Below, piece by piece: positions 57,790 through 64,000 of a stretch of 64,000 nucleotides of DNA. The DNA comes from Neodothiora populina (taxonomy: Eukaryota). Location: positions 186,001-250,000 of the forward strand of contig NW_027191414.1 of the NCBI RefSeq assembly GCF_041146345.1, written 5' to 3'. Position numbers and translations under genes: made by a program. Numbering within the stretch: position 1 is the first letter of the stretch; every line of letters begins with the position of its first letter. The notes under the pieces were generated by a model. That model made no database searches, had not been told where the DNA came from, and saw only the letters and a program-made list of their open reading frames with translations.

Positions 57790-60700
57790 ATGTCCAATCT
57801 CACCAGAGGCCACGCCGGACAGGAAGATTCCGCCCAAGCATCTTCGAGTCGCGACCCTTATCATGACATCGACTTCGACAGCGATGGCTCCCACTCTTCG
57901 GATCTCGATATAGGCGATGACCTGCTGGCGGCGGATCCATTGCATGATGGCGACTTAGGCCAAAAGTGTGTTCAACATCTTTCATTAATAATGCGCAATA
58001 ATTATTCAACATAGACTAACGCAATATAAGCAGGAGCTCATTTGGCCGGAGCCTCAAGGCCCCCCTTGCGACAGTGTCTCGTTATCTGACTCCTTCGCCG
58101 TCACATTCTCGCTCACAATCTCACTCTCGGTCCCGCTCACGCTCTTCGGGCACTTCTCCTGCAAACAACGGAAGAAACGCTACCATACAGCAGCGTCGGC
58201 CGAATGCCTCGTCTCAGGCGCAACATCTACATATACCTCAGACCACATCGATTGCCGATTTTGACGATCCCAAGGGCAGCGCAACATCTCACGACTGGTA
58301 CCCGGAGAATCACTCTCGCTTGACCGTGCCTTACGATGACCTTACAGCCATCGACTGGATTCAAGAGTACGCAAAGGAGCGTTCGCGCCTTCGACATCTG
58401 CATGCATCTACCAGTAACCCGTCCGCGACAACACAGGCACGCTTTGTCGCTTCCCTCCGCCAACTGGCCGACGATTCACATGCTTGGATCATTCTCGTCG
58501 CGACAGGCATAGCTGTGGGAGCCATTGCCGCTTTTATAGATGTCTCTGTGGACTGGCTTGCGGATCTCAAGACTGGTGTCTGTAGAAACCACGGAGATGG
58601 GGGTGCTTTCTATCTTAATAAAGTCTTCTGCTGCTGGGGTTATGATGATGCCGAGCTGTGTCCTGACTGGAGTAGCTGGAGCACTCTCATGGGTGTGCGC
58701 AGCGCCGGCGGAAGCTGGATGATAGACTCTATCTTCTATTTCGTGTTTTCCGTGAGTTATTGCGCATTCGGCACTATCGAAGCTACCATCGACTGACATT
58801 GCACCCGACACTAGGTCCTCTTTGCAAGTGCGGCTGCCGTTTTGGTCGCCAGATTCAGCCCATATGCCAAGCAGAGCGGTATCCCAGAGATCAAGACCGT
58901 GCTGGGTGGTTTTGTTATCAGAAGATTCTTGGGTGTCTGGACACTCGTGACCAAGTCATTGGGTTTGGTATGTTTTTGACGACTTTTCATCCTCGTCATC
59001 TCCTCGCTGATGCAAGATATAGTGTTTGGCTGTCGCTTCAGGTCTCGTCCTTGGAAAAGAGGGACCTCTGGTGCATGTTGCCTGCTGTTGTGCGAATCTC
59101 TTCATGAAGCCATTCACGGCCATCAACACCAACGAAGGTAAGTCATGCAGTGCGATAGTATTTGCCTGTCCGGGCTAATGGCATCTAGCTCGCAAAAGAG
59201 AAGTCCTATCTGCTGCCGCGGCATCTGGCATTTCTGTGGCTTTTGGCGCGCCTGTTGGAGGTGTCCTGTTCAGTCTCGAGGTAGAGCTGGTCAGCTATAC
59301 CTACTTCCTCCATTTTCGCTAATTGTCTCTCCAGCAACTTTCTTACTACTTTCCCGACAAGACCATGTGGCAGTCCTTTGTTTGCGCCATGACTGCTGCC
59401 TTTACTCTAAAAGCATTTAATCCTTTCCGCACTGGCAAGACCGTGCAATACCAAGTCACCTTCCACACCGGGTGGCATGGATTCGAGATTTTACCTTATA
59501 TCATTATCGGAATACTGGGTGGTCTGTACGGTGGCCTCTTCATCAAACTCAACATGAGACTGGCCAAATTACGACAATCACCTCGATATCCACTATTCAA
59601 TAAACCAGTCCTCGAAGTCGCCATCGTTGCGGCCGCGACTGCTTTAGTCACCTTCCCCATAACCTTTCTCCGAGCTCAACATACAGAGCTGGACTACTAT
59701 CTGTTCGCTGAATGCGTAGACATCACTAGTGATCCGCTCGGCCTTTGCAAATCCGGAATCGCCAATACAGGTGTCATATTTTTGCTGCTTGTTTCCGCCT
59801 TGATCGCCTTTGTTTTCGCGTCTATGACCTTTGGCCTTCAAATTCCAGCGGGAATCTTGCTCCCGTCAATGACAGTCGGTGCTCTCTATGGTAGAGTAGT
59901 GGGCCTCGTTGTCGAGGTCTGGCAGCGCGAACACGACTCATGGTTCATGTTTTCCTCTTGCGAACCAGATACTCCATGCGTAACACCAGGTACATACGCT
60001 ATCATCGGTGCAGCATCGGCTCTGGCCGGCACCACGCGCATGACTGTTTCTATAGTGGTCATAATGTTTGAACTCACAGGCGCGCTCACGTACGTTTTAC
60101 CGATCATGATCGCTGTTATGATCGCCAAATGGGTCGGCGATGCGATATCCAAGCGCGGCATCTACGAATCTTGGATTCAGTTTCACGAATATCCCTTTCT
60201 GGATCACAAAGACGGCGATGGTGATGGCGGTGTTCCTGATGTCCCCGTATCTCAAATCATGACTCGCTTCGAAGATCTGATCGCTTTCACTACCAACGCA
60301 TCTGCTGCTGACGAAGGTCACTATACCATCAGTGGTCTGAAAGAATTGTTGAGAGAGAACAAATACCGAGGTTTCCCCATCGTCAGCTCGTTTGCAGAGC
60401 CGACTCTCCTAGGATTCATATCCCGAATCGAGCTGTCTCACGCTCTGGAATCTGCCACTTCGATCTCCGGTTACGAAGAATCTACACCTTGCTTCTTTGG
60501 TCCACGTCCGCAGAGTTTCATGGACCCAGATAGTGCAGAGCTTCCCAGGAAATCACTGGATCTAAGACCATACATGGACAGGACTCCCATCACTCTAAAC
60601 GCACAGTCTGGTTTTCAACTAGTGATAAACATGTTCGAACGCCTCGGACTACGTCACCTGCTGTTCGTCGAGAGAGGCCAGTGTAAAGGGCTATTGACGA

Positions 60701-61053
60701 AAAGAGACGTCTGGTTCATCCTGCATGAAGACGAAATCGACCGCAATGCCACGTCTGCTGCTGCAGGATCTTATGCCGCTGCTGGCAGAGGCCAAGGACG
60801 TGAGACGGGGGTCTTGAGAGAAAATGGCAATGGTGAGAACAGAGGCTTACTCGAAAGAGAAGCGGAGAGTGGGATAGGGCTGGGAATTGTCGACGGCAGC
60901 GATGACGAGGAAGCAGACGACAGGTTCGAGATTGGGGATGATGGAGGAGGAGGGGCTATGGAGACCGGAGTCTTGTATGGACGAAATGGGCTTTCTCGAA
61001 GTGGTGGTGTAGACGACGACGACCACGAAGGAAGACGGATCTCAGGCATATAG
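57790..61053 (+). CDS. CLC chloride channel/transporter with CBS domains (introns 57966-58033, 58752-58814, 58968-59022, 59138-59188, 59281-59334)
   Basis: [78 protein letters not shown] and GIYESWI motifs, plus a CBS pair. Confidence 0.93.
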
Positions 61054-62107
61054 AACGCCTCGAATAATCTTACGAGTTATCCTCTTTTCTCTCAGAATGA
61101 CATCTGCAGTCTTCAGATTCGCCATTTTCGTTTCATGACCATCGGTCCCATCATCGACGAAAACCTCGGTTCGACGCGGATGCCTGACCACTGCAATGAG
61201 AGCCTTCTGAACTTCCCTAAATCGTGCTCGATTACACTCCGTTTCGTTCACGCGCTTTGGTGGATGCAGGGTAACCCTGTTCATGAAACATGTAGACCAC
61301 CTAGTCCCGACTCTGCAGAATAAGGCAGCCACTGTCCGTACGAGCGTTGATATAGCTCAACCATTCCGATATCTCTTCGAAGAATCAGCATAGTGCTGCT
61401 GCTCACGTGGAGAATCGAAAGTATAGATATAGACTGTGGGACTGAATACCATGCCATCCGTGGTAGGGTATTTGCCCGTAACGTATCTCTCCCAATACCT
61501 ACTCTTCTCTACCACGAGAACATGCCACAAATACCCCAAGTAACGATGACACCCTAGACACACGTTTCACTCCATTACCACGATCACGCACACGGGGCTA
61601 AGACCAATGAGATAGCATCCAAAAAAAGCACAGCTGCCACACGGTCAACGAACAGTAAGCTATGGACCATATGTACAATGACGTAGCGACGTGCTACACA
61701 CGACCCCGCCACGCGCGCGCATCCCGCCTATTTGTTTACCTCAAGCCAATGTGCTACGTCGAAGCGACAGGCTAGAGGCGACGAAAGACAGGGGGTTTTG
61801 ATTGCGCTGTAGATCAGTGATGCGTAGGTAAGGGAGGTTAGGTAGGTGGCGGGATATAAGCCATGTGCAAGCCATGTGTGGGTACTTTGTAACTAGGCAA
61901 GGTAAGGAAGGGACGGAGGGTGGGTATGAATAGTTTGTTGGTTTTCCTTCTGTCTCGTAGTCTGCTCAAGCATCTGGTTTACTTGAACTATTCTCTAGGT
62001 ATGTGATACTCCTTCCGCATCTCTATCCAGCGAACTGACACCGCCGAAGTCATCTCCCACCTCATAAGCGACACAAGCGCTTCGTCAACAAAGCAAAAAC
62101 ACAAAAA

Positions 62108-62471
62108 ATGGCCATCGGCAACGACAAGAAGTCCGGCGTCCAAGGCGGCGTGACAGCCGTCACATCCACAGTCGGCAATGGCGTCGGCGGCCTGCTGGGC
62201 ACAGTCGGCGGAGTCGTTGGTGCAGCTGGCCGAGGCAGTAAGTTGCTCTTCTCCCTGCATCCCCTCTGTTCCCGACTTCTGTATCCTCAGTGTTCATGAG
62301 TAGGTACTGATAAGCAAAATAACAGTCGGCAACACCGTCACAGGCGTGACTGGCGAATACGGAAAGCCGGTCGGGAACGCGCTGACGAGTCTGACGGACG
62401 GGATTGAGAACGGCACGAACAGTGTTGCTAAAGGCGTCGAGGATGCTGGCAAGGGCAAGAAGACCCGGTAG
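62108..62471 (+). CDS. small Gly/Thr/Val-rich fungal hypothetical protein (intron 62238-62325)
   Basis: Spliced protein MAIGNDKKSGVQGGVTAVTSTVGNGVGGLLGTVGGVVGAAGRG-IGNTVTGVTGEYGKPVGNALTSLTDGIENGTNSVAKGVEDAGKGKKTR*. Strong AAAAATG context; intron is GTAAGT..ACTGAT..ACAG. Confidence 0.78.
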
Positions 62472-62650
62472 ATTCCGGATATGTCTTTCTTCTTTTCTCT
62501 CTTCCGGTAGCGAGCTGCGAAGGTGTGGCCTTGAGGACTGTTGAGAATGACTTTCATCATACTCCATGATAGCTATGATTGTCTGTTTGTTTTGAAACGT
62601 GGATCTCTCTTTCCACGTTTTCTATTTCTGCTGTACCTGGAATCCTTGCG

Positions 62651-62692
62651 TAAAGAAGAGGCTCCACGCAGTGGCGCCGTCCGCGCAGGACG
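62651..62692 (-). repeat. 42-bp dispersed palindromic element, copy 6
   Basis: Reverse complement reads CGTCCTGCGCGGACGGCGCCACTGCGTGGAGCCTCTTCTTTA. Confidence 0.9.
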
Positions 62693-62949
62693 AACACTAT
62701 ATGTCTACTGTATAAGACCTCTGCGGCGGACTAGGACTAGGTACAGTAAGTCGCGTGCTCGGACCATGCCCGAAGATGACGCCGAGAGGGGCGGCGATTT
62801 GACCGGAGTTTACACCAGAAACCAGACCCTCAGCATCTTCCATCAGTGAATTCAGTCACCAATCAACCACTCCCACCTCGCCACATGCCATGAACACACG
62901 ACCTCTGGGACAGTCGCGTTCGTGCAAGGATTAGCCAAAGCCCCTCGAC

Positions 62950-64000
62950 ATGGCTCTGGATGCACAGCGCAATTGGGACACGCAGATGGCCGAGAGCCTC
63001 AGCGCCCTCAAAAATCGCAACAGCGGCGGCGGGATGCCGCTTCGTTCAATCACTGTCTTAGAGCTGCCGAAGAGAAAGCCGAGCAGCGCGTCGGAGAACG
63101 GAGACGATGAGTCCAGTCATGAGGGGGAGCCGCTCTATTTGCCCGACGAGATCTTGCTGCACATCCTGGACTACGTCAGACTCGACACTGTCCAAATCTA
63201 TCAGCCGACGCTGTCTTCGTGCTGCCTCCTCTCGCGCCAGTGGTATGAGGTCGCCGTGCCCCTCCTCTACGAACGCCCCCGAATAGAAGGCAAAGGCTTC
63301 GATCCATTCGTTCGCGCCATATGTCCTTCGATAAACCTCCACGTGCGGCAGAGTCCCCTTGCTCAGCTGGTCAAGGTGCTGGACATGGGCCACCTCGTAC
63401 ATCACGGCAGTAATAGTAAGACAGCAAGACTACTAGGCAGGACAAAGAACTCGTTAGAGGAATTCGTGGCGCCACAGGCTACCTTTGCGATCAATTGCTA
63501 CCCCGCATTGTCGAAATGTGTCAAACTACGCGTCCTCGATCTTTCGCTGGTCAGCGAGTCGACGCCATTGCAAAAGCTATTCAATACTATCAAACTGCTG
63601 CCTGCGCTGGAAACACTCCGTCTGCCGCGCTCTGCAGGATTCGGGAACAACGAGGTAGATCCGGATTCGATAGTCTGGCCGCCCAACCTTCAGCGTCTGT
63701 ACTTGTCCGGCGGCATCGATGCCCATTTCCTCTGCGGTATCGTCAATTTCCCACCTACCTTGAGCGACCTCACCATCGAGCATTGCTCTCAAGCCAAAGG
63801 GCATGCGATTCGCCAACTGCTTGCCACCATGTCTGTTGCCGGAGTACCACTACGCTCTCTGAAGATTGCGAGTATGCCTCGCTTCGGCATCAATGCGCTG
63901 GACGTCGCCCTGGCTTTCTTTCCTGGCCTCGAGCATCTCAGCGTCAGTGTCGACTACATCACGCCTGCGATTCTCAATCCCGAGTTCCAGCTGTATCAAT
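62950..64000 (+). CDS. F-box / leucine-rich-repeat protein, truncated by the window end
   Basis: Open frame from ATG 62950 to the end of the window (absent from the ORF track because it has no stop). Contains LYLPDEILLHILDYV..SCCLLSRQWYEVAVPLLYERP..FVRAICPSINLHVRQSPLAQLVKVLDMGHLVHHGS and then LRR-like LRVLDLS/LETLRLP. Confidence 0.85.
   Translation, partial: MALDAQRNWDTQMAESLSALKNRNSGGGMPLRSITVLELPKRKPSSASENGDDESSHEGEPLYLPDEILLHILDYVRLDTVQIYQPTLSSCCLLSRQWYEVAVPLLYERPRIEGKGFDPFVRAICPSINLHVRQSPLAQLVKVLDMGHLVHHGSNSKTARLLGRTKNSLEEFVAPQATFAINCYPALSKCVKLRVLDLSLVSESTPLQKLFNTIKLLPALETLRLPRSAGFGNNEVDPDSIVWPPNLQRLYLSGGIDAHFLCGIVNFPPTLSDLTIEHCSQAKGHAIRQLLATMSVAGVPLRSLKIASMPRFGINALDVALAFFPGLEHLSVSVDYITPAILNPEFQLYQ

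Noticed and set aside
33743..62692. CRISPR interpretation of the 42-bp palindromic repeats
   Set aside because: Copies are dispersed, in both orientations, without regular spacers or cas genes, and the genome is eukaryotic.

Overview
This is eukaryotic, intron-containing genomic DNA from a filamentous ascomycete (Pezizomycotina; a Dothideomycete-like lineage is my inference). It is a gene-dense segment with about 19 protein genes: SUR7-family, RAV2/Rogdi, PRP38, a GT8-like protein, CTK3, a paraoxonase-like gene with an apparent frameshift, an ABCC transporter, a siderophore-iron MFS transporter with ATCWGATAA boxes, a GPI-anchored Cys-rich protein, a divergent CDC42, a coiled-coil hypothetical, a Prr1/Nnk1-like kinase, a modin-like gene with a premature stop, SIN1/AVO1, intronless midasin MDN1, mitochondrial L12, a CLC protein, a small Gly-rich protein and a truncated F-box/LRR gene. 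There is also one dispersed 5S rRNA gene. The most striking unexplained signal is a 42-bp GC-rich double-hairpin element (AGTCCTGCGCGGACGGCGCCACTGCGTGGAGCCNTCCTTTCT) found six times. All copies are intergenic and downstream of gene 3' ends, they show compensatory stem changes, and they form inverted pairs, one of which brackets the 5S gene. The pattern resembles bacterial REP elements, MITE ends or Helitron ends. All gene names come from recognising protein motifs by eye, and exon boundaries were deduced manually; no database searches were run.
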